From Amphiscolops sp. MND2022 (Eukaryota): a stretch of 64,000 nt of DNA. The notes beneath the pieces are model-generated. The model made no database searches, was not told the DNA's origin, and was given only the letters and a program-made list of their open reading frames with translations. The stretch covers positions 27,094,001 to 27,158,000 of the forward strand of contig OZ076412.1 in the NCBI GenBank assembly GCA_964187785.1, written 5' to 3'. Every line of letters begins with the position of its first letter. Within the stretch, counting starts at the first letter, position 1. This document shows positions 12,286 to 25,098 of the stretch, piece by piece. Made by a program: the position numbers and the translations under genes.

Positions 12286-15200
12286 GAAGAACCAAAACGT
12301 CTCCAAACTTTCATTCCTCTAAACTTCTTTACATTTCCATAGTGCATTGGCTACACTTGAGCTACAAAATTATGTCGGTGTAGAACAGTTTGAGACGGAA
12401 AATATCCTGCTCGTTATCGGGCGTCTTGTTAGAAGTCTTACTGAACATTTCAAGAAATTCCACTAAAGGTTAGGCCAATTCGATGTCGGCGTTCGTTTTA
12501 GAATTCAAATACTATTGGAAATTCCTTTTCCCCGAAAAAAGTACCTTTCTTCATGAAGAAGACAGAAAAATCTTGGTAACTTACTGAATCAGTTGGAGAC
12601 CCATGCTTGGGTGTTGACAAATAAAGTAAAGAGCAATTTTTAAGAAATGTTCATTGAAAGCGATCGAAAACTGCACATGTCACAGGTTTATTTGGTTCAA
12701 ACCAACAATTTCATGAGTCAAAAACTTAGACTGAGACTAGAACTAGGAGCTGCTTAAGCTAATTTCCAGTGTCCAGCCTTGCTTTGAAAACCTATTTATC
12801 TGGTTTTTTTAAATGAACATTTCGCACTTAGTTGAAAAAATTTCCCGAATTTTCCTTACCTTCTAAAATTTGAACTTCTGGAGCACTTAAAATTTGCTAT
12901 TTTAAATTTCGAGTACACTGTTATCAGCTTTTGTTACATTGCTAGACGTTGTAGTTTCAAAGACCTGCTCGGTATGTTAAATCAGTTTGTCATGGAAATA
13001 TTTTTAATTTTCCTAAATTTTGAATGATTTATTAGATAGAATGCATTGTTTGTTCCATCATTTAGACGAAAAACTTTGATAATTTAGGGGAAATGGCAAT
13101 TGTTTGTTTGGAAAACAAATTGTAACATTTTCGAGTTTTTGTATGCTGTAATTGAACAACCATAACTCAACATTTTTTCAGGAATAGTTAACAACGTCAT
13201 GATTGCTTGTGACGTCATTTGAAATCCATATACGAAAAAATTCCGGTTATTATGCCCTCGTTTTTTGATTTTCCTCTAGGAAACTTGTCTGTTTCGAACC
13301 CTCTCCTCGACACTGATTTGCTGAATTCAATTTTCTCGCTGCTGTATTTCAAAGTTTATGCTCTTCAAACATGCGCAATCACACTAATGGTTGCTTTTGC
13401 CTCGCTATCACACGATGTTTGTTCATTTTGGTGCAATAGCTGAAGAACAACAATGAAAATTTGAGAGATTACGAAAGATTTGAGAGAAAAGATTTTATGA
13501 TGACTAATCCAAGGTGCACTTGTTGGCAATAATAAAAGTGGAAGAAATGATGATTTGAAAGAGGCTTCACTTTAGAAACATAGTTTTCGATGATTGAAAC
13601 TTGAAATAATGAATCAATTTAAAGACAATAATCAATCAGCTTGAACAAGGTTTTGAAAAATTAACCAACGACGATACGCTCAATAGAAACGTCCGCAATA
13701 GGAGGAAAATTTTCAAAACATAATAGTTCACCGCATTGATATAATTTCTAATAAGTTAGTTTTCTAATTAATTTCAGCAAATGAGTTGTTTTGAGGTAAT
13801 TTGAATTGTACCTCGGAAGAGTTTTATTTTTTTCTAAATATAAGTAAGAGACTTCTGGTTGTATGGGGGAATGTATATAATAAAACAATGAATTAATCAG
13901 TAAAACTTCGTGTGTGGCTCGTTTAATTTTTCCAAATCTCAAAAGAAACATCTGCTAATCTGCATCCATTTGGTAATAAAACTGAACATCCATTGGATAT
14001 GTTTTTTGCAGTAACTTCGCAACGAACAAACTTACTGAAGAGGATGTTCAGGAAAAAATGACTAAAAGTACAGGAGCAATAAGATAAATTTGGCAGAGAA
14101 GCGTATTTAATGGCACCGACTCTTGGCATACGATTCTAATTGTGGCTTTGATTGTAAGTTGATTTCAAGACTGGATTTTGCGTGTCATGGTGGCCTTTAA
14201 TTGCCGGTGTTTGGCAATGAAATCATTTTAGTTTTAGGGGTGCACTTCCGAAATTGGGGTTTTCGATCAAAAAGTTTCCGAGAAGAATTGCCGCAAATAT
14301 CTCGTTATCCACATTGACAAAATCAATTATCGCGATCATATTGATCATATAATAAAAATTAAATATATAATAAAGTTTTTTACCGAGATCAAAGTTATAT
14401 AATGTTAAATGTCTTCTACTGTTAACTTTTCGCCAATGTTTGGCTACCAGTTTTTGGAAGTGCATCCCAGGAAAACTATTAAGAAATTGAACAGGCTCAA
14501 TGACAAAATTACTAGCAATTTTCAACAGAAACAAGTATGCTAGCTTATCTGAATTTTTATAAAAGAAAGTTTTTCATTGCTAAATCGGCCTGAACATTCT
14601 ATATGTTTTTGAAGGTTGACAACAACTTTCGAAACGCGTTTTAATGTTACTCCAAAACTCTTGCGGAAACATTCATGCGTTACTATATCCCTATTGTAGT
14701 CGACTTCAATCAAGCTGTTCCAAAGAAACATCTTGAATTTGACGGCAATTCGTAGACTTTAAAATTGCAAGTTTTTTGGTAAGCAATTTTTTAAATGAAA
14801 CTAAATCATTGTCAATGTCAGCGCCACTTTATTGAAGATTGACTTCATTCACAGTTAAACCGCAAACTAGCGTCATCTTCAGCGTGCTATTTGAGAAGCA
14901 GTGATTACTTCAGATGAGTAGTTGAGAAATCAAACGTGATCGTTTTTAACGCCGGAAGTTTACTGAACTTTCTAGGTTTCCTGAAAAAATTACCCTGCAT
15001 GCAGGCCTACAGCATGTGGAGAGTTTCATTAGTATCGACTAGGGTTAACTTGAGTGTGAGTGGTGTATTATGTTTTTCATGTATTATTAATTTTTCAAGA
15101 ATTAACCGAAACTGATGGTTGAAATCGAGAACTTTGCGGAATATAAAACACACAGACAAGCAAAATGATTACACTACTTAAGTTTACAAGGAACTGTCTC

Positions 15201-16529
15201 TAAAACTGAATTGTGGGCAACAAATTAGTTTACTGCTACAACTGATGAAAAATGGGCTAGATTCCACAGAACATGAAAAATCTACCAGTTCTCCCAAAGA
15301 AAATCACGATATCTTTTTAGGCACTTAGATATACGGGGAAAGAAACATGGCATGAAAACGAAATTAACGATAGTAACGTCTTTATCTAAGTACCGAAGCA
15401 GGTCCGTGAAAAGTGATCTGGGCTTGTTTTTAAGCGGTTTTATTTTTGTTAAGGAAAAACAAGAGCCTGAAGAAGTACTTAAAATCATTCTTCGTCAAAA
15501 TTGAGTGCCCTATTGAAGATACTTTTCTTTGTTTTTGTTAATGTAATGGGCTCAATTTACCAATTCTTCCTTCCGGCCTTGTTCTGGAGAAGTTTGAAAA
15601 ACAAATATAAACGAAAATAATGATACCGAGTCAAGAATTGCAACAGTAACTTCCACAGATTTTCAACTGTCTCAATTGTTTATGAAAAGAAAGGAAAACA
15701 GTTAGATTTAGAACGTCATGAAAGTGTCACAGCTGAACTGATAGATTTACTAGACAGTGAAGTTATGGGCTGTTGATGGACCGATCCTCTGGCAGGGGCG
15801 GCTTCAAATTCACGCCAATTCAATTACTGTGACGCCAGCATTTGCAACATTTTGAGACCCGCAGTTCTTGAGTTATATGAATCCACATATCTCAGCTTGA
15901 GGTTTGATCGGGAAGCTGTGGCCGTCATAGGAAAGAAATGAAGAATCGAGTTGGCATCGACGCTTAGAAACTTCTTAGATGGTTCACTTCCATTGATTTG
16001 CGGATTTCCAAATTCACATTGATACCGTGTTTATTCCAATGATGTGAAAAAATGCATCTTATATTCAAACATTGACAATGAAGAAAAGAATTTTTTCGTA
16101 AGATGCAAGGTATTTACATTTTGTTAGAATGTATTTGTGTTTCGGGCCAAAATGAAACCCAAGAATAAACGTTGCTCTAACCCGGAAGGTTGCTATAAAA
16201 ATTGTTTGGTGTGAAAATCTACATGTCGCAGGCTGCCGCCTGTGATGGGAACTTTTACCAGATCTCCTCTATCGAACCCTCCGCCAAGTGTTTTATCAAT
16301 TTAGATGCAGGGACCCTATGTCCTTTTGACTACAATCAAATCAATGAAGATACCATTTATTGTTTACTTTGTTATCAGATTCATGCATTTTTGCACGTTT
16401 TTAATCAGGACTTTGCCCTTCCTACTCGAACTCGGGCCTAAAGTCACCATAACTACAATAATCTTATACCGAATAAAGAACTTTGCCTTTATAAATGATC
16501 AAGTTTCGTGATTGTTTTTAAATATTACT

Positions 16530-16898
16530 AAACAAACCGGGAACGGCCCAAGTCGGCGACATATCTAAGGCTCAAAAATAGCAAAAGGACTTCAAAGTGT
16601 CAAGTGTTCTCTTCTACAGTACCCGCATGAGGAAAAAAGCTGAAAAAAAATCCAAATTTTTTTTCGAATTTTTTTTCAAATTTTTTTAGGTCTCCGGTAA
16701 GTCGCATAGTGCCGAAAAGTGTAAAAGGGGACCTCAAAAAGCCTAATTAACATCTACCTCAAGTGCCAGTAGAAGCAGTATGGCAGATAGTGTTAATGCA
16801 AGTCAGCTTATAAAGCTTATAAAATCTGCCTTTTCGTTGGTCTTAAAAAAAAGTCACTGCTATAGTCTGCGTTATCTACGAAAAGCGCCGACTAAAAA
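16530..16898 (-). mobile_element. Helentron/DINE-1-like non-autonomous element (HINE)
   Basis: Both ends are reverse-complement homologous to 54541-55187. SubTIRs AGTCGGCG (16551) and GCGCCGACT (16885), terminal CCG-GGAA-CGG stem-loop, A/T runs at the ends. Confidence 0.7.
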
Positions 16899-17599
16899 TA
16901 ATGCTAGACGAGTTGTAAATATTTGACAAAGTAAGATGCTCGTGCTAGTTGTCATGCCTGACGCATGATAATACTGAACAACGATGCTCTCAACTAAACA
17001 ACATCAGTAAAAGATGAAGCATGAACCGACAATACGCACCGAAATGCAAATGGGAAAAGAATGTAGTTATATACACGGCATCACTAAAACCAAAAAACTA
17101 AAACTCTTCAATTACATCATTTTTACATTATTTACATGTCATCACATAACAACCCAATCCCATTTTCATTATAATCATACACTCTTAACATGACCTTTCT
17201 CAACCCATTCCTAAAGTGCATCACGTAATGTAGTTGATATACTATCGTCAGAACCATTTTTAAAGTGACTATTTTATTCATTTCTTCATTAGTTAAACCA
17301 GGCTATGCTGGTAACTCAATCACTTCATTTCTTTGCTCAATCATATAGCGTTAGTAACATAAACATATTTCATTCCATATGTAGGTGATGTTGGTGATAT
17401 AACCACATCACAGTGCTTTTTAAATTAAACATTTACATGTAACGATGGTAATATACCACCATTATAGTCCATTATTACTCATTTCAATTAGTGTAGTAAA
17501 TTTAACAAACATTATGCGTAGCGGTGGCAACGCAACATCATCGTAAAGCCTCAAATAGTACAACCACCAGTATGTCGCAATTAACACCTCATTAGTAGT

Positions 17600-18149
17600 G
17601 CAGTGCTATTGGTCAATACAGTCACGTGACGTTGTCACGTGACCAACATTGCGAAATTGAAAAGAGGTGCAATAAGACAGCCATTAACCTATTGGTACAA
17701 CTTGACGCTTAGTAGCTTACCACATCATTGCGAAAAATTAACCTTACTCCTCAAACTTAAACTCGACCTTAAAATCTCAATTCAAATTCTTTCAACAACT
17801 CCAGTTTCTTTATACAAAATGGTAAATACACGATCTCAGGCAAGAAGTTCCATCCCAGTATTCATGAGTAAAGCAAGTAGAAATGACCGTGTTAGTGATA
17901 CCGAAAGTGAATGTAGTATTCCTGACCTCCTCTCAAGAGATCAAATTGATGAACTAGATAATGATAATCTCATTCATTCTGAACAACATTCCGACCAAAT
18001 GACTATTGACCAACGTTTCTCGAGTATGAATAGACAAATTAATGAACTTACTGGACTAGTATTAGCTTTAACGGAAAAGTTATCCTCCAATCACGGAGAA
18101 GGGAACGATCAAAATACAGTTATCGATAAGACTAGTACACGTTCCGACA
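17600..18149 (+). mobile_element. Solo or 3' LTR carrying a Gag N-terminus (MVNTRSQ...TSTRSD); left boundary approximate
   Basis: ORF from ATG at about 17819 with an acidic then coiled-coil segment. It ends at ...CGTTCCGACA (18149), equivalent to the D|MVTG LTR/PBS junction of related elements, but no PBS follows. Confidence 0.55.
17621..17643. promoter_or_regulatory. Tandem palindromic E-boxes (2 x GTCACGTGAC)
   Basis: Exact GTCACGTGAC at 17621-17630 and 17634-17643, about 180 bp upstream of the LTR-borne ATG. ATTGG (reverse CCAAT) at 17608. Confidence 0.5.
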
Positions 18150-18709
18150 CTAGTTTCAACAAAAAGTGAAAAACTGCTGAATGTGAAGAAACGCGTTCAA
18201 TTGGTACTTCGTTTAGTGCAGTTGACGCCCTGTCCAAAGTTGCCATCAACCAATCACAATGTTCTCGCTCGCTTGCTTGCTCAATTAGTCTAGTCAACCG
18301 AACCTAAAGTCCTGCTATTAGCGCTGTTGCAATTTGCCATGTAGATAAAATCTAAATGATGTCTTTCCAGTTGACTCTTTTAATACTACAGTTGCTTTGC
18401 ATGAATATCCAATTCGGAAAAAAAAACTAGAAATGGCATCACGTAAGATTTTGTAACTATTATAGATCAATGCCCAATTTGATGACGTAAAGGAATGTTA
18501 TGAGGAATTGGTTAAGTAACACGAAGCCCACAATAAAGGGTGCCATCCTGATGAGAATATAAATACAACCAAACCGGGACCAAAGGGATAGGTCAATATT
18601 AATCTTCCGTGCAATTATACACTGCTACTCTGGAAATGCCATTCTTGTTGTGAGAATTAGTAACCAGTTCACATTGATAATAGTTTTACAACAGTACTGA
18701 TGTCTTATG

Positions 18710-21700
18710 ATGCTTTCCACTAAAAAAAACCTATCGAAAAACGCTCTGGCAGTAAGACGCTATGTCCGACATAGAGAATAAGGGGATGATATCAGGAAAT
18801 TTTTTTCAGGCATGATTGTGAAAGTCACTCTACCCAAAAAGAGGTAGAAGACGACTCAGACTTGTTGAGCAGCTAGGACAATAAACTCTGGTCTAGTCAC
18901 TCAAATGTCGAGGAAACTAGATGAGATAAAACTACGTCTCAAGTAGCTAATTTTGAAAGGAATAGACTCCGCAATTGTTGAGGAAGTCCTCCAACAATTA
19001 CAAAATAGCCCGGAAATTCTAATAAATGGGCTTAATACGAGGATGGACCACCGGGCTAGACAAGAAATCCGAACGCGGAACAAGCTGCAAAACACAAGAA
19101 ATTTGATCCAAAAAGGATTTCAATCACAGTAACCGTGCTTGAGACAGATCAGAGAGCTCATAAGACTATCAGATTAGTGAACTAGATTACAACTTGGTGA
19201 CAGGAAGTAACACGACCCCTTACAGTTACTGCAATCACGAGAAAACTTGCAACGCCAAGACTCAACCCGTGATGATTCTCTGAACTTAATTCACCCTGAG
19301 ATAACCCCCCAAAATACCTCTTTGACCCCATCAACCGTCTTGCCGACCTAATCGTTGGCGTGAATAAACGATCATTGGTACGAACACTGGTGTTCCGCCT
19401 ATTCAGTGCAACCAGTAGAAATTAGAAACCTAATATTTCAAGGAATTTTTCCATACCCTGATCAAAATTCAACCAGACATGACAGAAACAATGAAAATAA
19501 AACATTCCTATTTTTGCTGCGCAAAAAAGCCGTTGCAACTTTTTCGCAACATCAATTCGGATAACAGACAGACTCTGGAAAACATTCAGGCCGTTTTCTG
19601 CCGTAAATACGTAAAATCGGTGTCGAGTCACATGCTGCGGCGAGACATAGATGGCAGAGACTGGTGATCGGCCCGAACACAACGAAACTGTCTGACTTCC
19701 ATGAACAACTCAATCAGGGAGCTGAAAAAGCTCTTGACGAAAACGACTAACCTATGATTGATAGTCTGCTCTTCGCCAAATTTCCCTTGAACTGAAACTT
19801 TTAGTCAACGTGGCTGGACTCGAAAACGCCTTATATGACAAATTTGTCACGCCATTAGTGGGTGAACTCGATCTTAATGGTCGTTATAACAGTCTCAACA
19901 ATTACTACCACCCCAGCGACGTAACGTCCGGGTAGGTGCCCAATTTCGTCCGGTAATTCTTTCCAACTCCACCTGGAACAACTGCGAAAAGCCTGGACAT
20001 ACCAAGGGTAAGTGCATAAAGCTCAAAAGGAAAAAAGTGGCCAGATGCAACTCAGGACAAACTATCAAAAACTTGCGACGATGGGAAAACGAGGGGCTGG
20101 TTCTAAGCCCAAAAATTTGAATGTTGAATTGAACATGAATTGACAATTTTAAGACGGTCATAGCGTCCACTAGCCATGAGGACAACAACAACGCTCCAAC
20201 AACTTCTATTCTACAAAAACGAAAAAACTAGAATCGCCAGAACTCCATTGAATTTAAAAAAGTACGAGTCAGATAACATATTGTTTCTGACCCACCTAGT
20301 GTACCTTTTGCGAAATCTATTCAAAAATAGATGACACGCCACCCGTTGACTGGCAGAATCTGATGACGACTACCCCACTTGCACCGATAAAATGTAACAC
20401 TTGTCATGTAGACTGCACTACGATGCTCAAACCACTTGACCGTTTCCACTCATAGATAACTATATCCCTTATTTTTCTGACCCAGCTTATAGAATTGATC
20501 CTCACTGGGACGTCACTTTCTACAATCAGCATTGCATTTCTATCACAACATTGATAAACCAGAAACCGAAACAGTGCCCGATTCTACGAGATCGATGAAA
20601 CTATAAACGCCGTCTTTGACAACGCATCAGTTGATCCATGGCAGTATAGTAGTTACTTTGTACCACCGCTGACTCACGAGAAGCTGGAGAACCTGTTCAA
20701 AAAATAAGGACCACAGCTCAATCCCGCTACAGCAATGGAGGCACTCTTTGCGATCAACATAACTACGAGAGTCGTACCGCTAACGTCCAACCTTGGACTC
20801 AAATACAAACGACGGATGCCTTACTTTCCAATGGGTTTTAGCAAACTGACTTTAGTCTCGTACGCACGGGTGCACCACTATCGAGTTCAATCCGATAAGA
20901 TGATCTACGGAAGTATTTTTTATGCCCTCAGTCAATCGTTGAAGACGGCTCAGCACCTAACTTCTGGATCATAAATGTAAATGGACACCTGGATCATAAA
21001 TGCAAAAACCCCAAGAGCACTGTCGAATAAAAATTTGAGATCAGCGATATTGACTTCCACGAAATACTTATAGTAATGGACAAACTTACCACCACGCTTC
21101 CCGGTACCTAATTCTTACAATGGAGTATTTTTACTATTTTGGGCACGAGAGTAGTCCTGTCTTCGAGTAATCCTGTGTCCTCTAGTCAGAAAATATAGTG
21201 ACTCTTACCCACCCAGTGGACATTTTGCGAAAACTACTCAACACTTAATAACACGCCACCTGTTGACTGGCACCATCTGATGACGACTACCCCACTTGCA
21301 TCGATAACGTGTAACACAAGTCATGTAGACTACACTACGATGCTCAAACATCCCGACCACTTCCGCTCATACATAACTATATCCCTTACGTTTCTGACCC
21401 AGCTTAAAGTATTGATCATTACTGGGACGTCACTTTCCACAATCAGTATTGCACTTCTACCACAACATTGATAAACCTGAAACTGAAACAATGCCCGATT
21501 CTACGAGACTAATGATACTATAAATGCTGTCTTTCACAACGCGTCAATTGATCCATGGCAGTATAGTAGTTACCCAGTACCACCGCTGACTCATGACAAC
21601 TGGAGGACCCGTTCAAAAACTATAGACCACAACTGAATCCCGCTACAGCAATGGAGGCACTCTTTATCAACAACATAAACACCAGAGTTGGGAACCTGAC

Positions 21701-23830
21701 CTCGGAACCGCTGACGACCAACCTTGGACTCAAATAAAAACCACGGATGCGTTACTTTCCAATGGATTTTAGCGAAATGACTTTAGATGGCCTTGTACAC
21801 ACGGGAGCACCACTATCGTGTTCAACCCCAGAAGCTGATTTACGTAAAGTTCTATTATTAGGCCTTCCGTCAATCTTTAAAGAGGGCTCAGCACCTAAAT
21901 TCTGGATCATACACGTAAATGGACACCTTGATCATACATGCAAAAACCCCAAGAGCACTGTCGAACTGAAATTTGAGATCAGCAACATTGACTTCAATGA
22001 AATACTTTTTTACAAAGTTACCATTACGCTAAATTGACGCTAATTCTTACAACGGAATAATAGTACTATTTTTGACACGAGAGTAATCGTGAAGTCTCTT
22101 GATGCAACTAAAAACAGCGATCACAAATACACCATTGTCATGGAACCTATCTGCAGTTTGCAAAACGTAACAATTCTTCCAAAAGATAGACATGTCTTTA
22201 CGATTACTTCCCAAATGTAAGCTTACATTATTGTCACTGGCATACTTCAATTGAGCAATACAATCAATAAAGAAGTTGATGTTACTTTCTGCGACGTTCT
22301 AGCATTACAATTCTTGTGAACAACTTAACAGATAACCCACACCAAAAAAGGGTTCCTAAATGCTAGTTTCTCCTTTCTAACATCTGAGCATGTGAATAAT
22401 GTCCAACCCATCGATCAGGTGACCACAAAACAACTACTTCAGGTCATTCCAGCAAACACTGCCTTTGTTGCAAGAAGAGCATACTTTCATCCAAAAGCGC
22501 ATTTTTAAGGAAATACAAATTTTTCAAGAAATGGAAAAACACAATCCGCAAAATAACTATGAGCCAAGACGACAATTCTTGAGTCATTTCGACTGGCCGA
22601 CTCTTTGCTACAAGAGGACGAAATTGCTCGCATAGAAGACCTACTCATCAAATTTTACAATATTATCGTAAGACAGCGAATCGACATGGGCATGAATGAG
22701 GAATTCACGGTCACACGGACACCGAGAGAGACTTCCCTGTCCTTTTGCTGAATTCTTCCGACTCCTCCCGACTCCTATCAACACCAGAGAAGACATACTT
22801 GTTAAATTGGGGCTACTACACCGCTATAGCATAACAACAACGCTCCTATTTTCCAAACATGCAAGCACGATATCTGCCCTAAACAAAAACAGCGGCAAGC
22901 CGAGTCTCCTAGCGGATATCAAGGAAAACAATAAGTCAGTATCAGATGATTATATCGAAATTAACCTTCCGCTTAGCAGTCTCCCCGACGCAGCCCAACA
23001 CTTGCCAAGGAAAAAGTTTTCTTCATGTTGGTTTGTTCACTGACGTATCATTGCCTGCAAATGGTAGGACAAAGGTTATTAGAGATGTTAGCTCTCAAAT
23101 TTACGAGCAAAGCACTTGCAGACTGGAAGCTAGTACACGACCGTAGTCGAGCATTATCAGCTTTTTCACGTTTCGTTCGGCAATATTTGGACAAATCAGC
23201 AAAAGTGACCAGTGAGCCTAATATGTCGAAAGAGTTGTTGTTTTCGTTAACGATGCCGAGCGAACAGATCATCAAAAAACTCAAAGCAACGTTCAAGTGC
23301 ATCCAGAAGGGAAGCCTGAAGCTAACAATTCACAAAGGTTACTTTGGAGATATGCAATTTGATTTTCAAGGACGCATCATCACTCCTGAGCCGCAGAGGT
23401 CACGGGTGTAAAGCTATCTGCAAAATACTAAGTTCTCGAAGTCCAAAAAACATTGAAAATAAACTTGGGATTTCTAAACTTTCATCAAAAATATTTTCAA
23501 GCCTCCAAGAAGGTACGCCAAGCTAACGCCATTTTGAAAGCTACTGAAAAACAACCAAATAGCATCCGCAAACTTTTGGCAAAATGGAAAGAACACATGC
23601 CGGTTTCTAATCAAAAGTCAAAATGGCTTCAAGGGCGAACAAGTGTCAATGGCATAATTATCTACCATTGGCAGTACTCAACTATAACAGGACCTATCAT
23701 AGGAGTCTAGGATGCAAACCTTCCCAAATCTCTCACGAAAATGTCCACTATAATATCAAGGAGCCTTTCTACACCAAAATAAAGCCTAAAAGGTGCAACT
23801 TTTTCAAACTCGCAAATTTGGAATTCTAGC
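18710..23830 (+). mobile_element. Highly degenerate, internally deleted Gypsy element of the same clade as 24016-37653
   Basis: M.STK...MSDIEN Gag start at about 18710, TGGTGACAGG PBS at about 19196, DPINRLADL gag motif, AAAAAAC-TAG at 20222-20231, protease remnants, RT remnants at 22.7-23.4 kb, integrase piece WHNYLPLAVLNYN at about 23650. Confidence 0.8.
20265..22090 (+). repeat. Old tandem duplication (period about 920 bp) of the gag/pol junction and protease region
   Basis: 20265-21175 aligns with 21185-22090. Shared anchors include ctgatgacgactaccccacttgca, gttgatccatggcag/attgatccatggcag and caaaaaccccaagagcactgtcgaa. Copies are visibly diverged. Confidence 0.85.
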
Positions 23831-24015
23831 GAGTCAGAATAAATATTTCTATTCCGACTCCGTTACCGCACTTGCGGCAACGTTCATGAAATTACTATTA
23901 AATGTTGAAATATTTCTATTTCAATAAATGGAACGCTCTACTGCTGCTATATAACGGTGATTCAAGTTTGTTTTACCTACCAAAACAGCTGGTACATGTC
24001 GTTATTTCCGCTTCC

Positions 24016-25098
24016 TGTCATGACTTTTGGTCATCCTATCGTGATCTTCATCACTTGATTGGGAAACAACAGAGCAGAGTTCCCCCTAAAGTAGTTTCGT
24101 CTACTACTGCTGGCTAAAATGGGTATTGAGTTCGTTTTCCTTGCATTTCCAGTATTTTCCTCTTCGGTGGTCCTGTTCAGTCTACTGGACCTGTTGTCCA
24201 CTTTTTCACGAAACACAGGATTTTGACTGGTCGTGGTATTACGGACATCAAGAAGAACCTTCTCACCAATACCTGAGTTTATGGTGTCTATTATCTGAGA
24301 ATTTAAGTCCTTCCTTGATTAGTCCATTTGCTTGGAAAATTCAGAATTAACTAGCCTCATGGTCTCAACAGTTGATTCACTGTTCTTCTCTACTTTTTGA
24401 GTTCAGAAGTGATCTGAGATCCTCACTGTTTTGAGCTACGTCTTGTCTAGTCCTATCAGAATCATGGTCCATTTCATCAATTCTATCTACAGAGTTACTC
24501 TCCAGTTCCTTTCTTGAGTATGAACCCAACATTATCTCTAGATTTTCTGTATCAGACATCAAGTCTACTTGTCTAGAGCGTCTTTCCTTGGCTCTTTGTT
24601 TTGTAGTTGAAGGCATTGAAGAAAAATTCCGTTCAAGCAATATTCTATTGCTAATTGGGTTAGTATTGAACTGAAACAGAAATAGTAGCGTACAAGTACT
24701 GTAATGCAAATGGTATACACAATGAGGATGATGAGACTATTGGTCCGTTCTGATAACTGCAGTATTTAGCACGTGATTGCAAGAGTTGAATGTTGTCGGT
24801 TGTGTGTTAGCAATATAATGATCCTGGTGACCTCGGGTCCCTTGTATAAATACTTGGGAGGACATGACAAGCATTTTTCCTGGTGTCAAGCTTCTAAAAA
24901 TAGCAACAAATCTGGGGTGAAAAGTCCTTGCGGACTGTTCGTCGTCATTACGTCATTTTAAAAATCGCAATACTACATGACCTAATTCTAGAATTAGATA
25001 AAAGGGAAATAAGGTGACGGCACGCCTTTCACGTCAAAATTCCCATTGACAGCTTTTGAGGGTCATATTGTTTACATAGATTAGGACTACTACAAACA
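24016..25098 (-). repeat. 3' LTR (1083 bp) containing the Gag N-terminal coding region
   Basis: TGT...ACA. Direct repeat of 36573-37653. Carries MPSTTKQRAKERRSRQ... and a TATA-like TATTTATA on the minus strand near 24845. Confidence 0.88.

Noticed and set aside
15200-16000. Possible exon-like stretches between the two TE blocks
   Set aside because: No consistent splice-phase chain or recognisable protein motif could be built.
6137-16248. A single 10-kb TIR element bounded by the 25-bp inverted pair
   Set aside because: There is no TSD at the outer ends, the TGT/ACA termini face inward, and no transposase lies inside.
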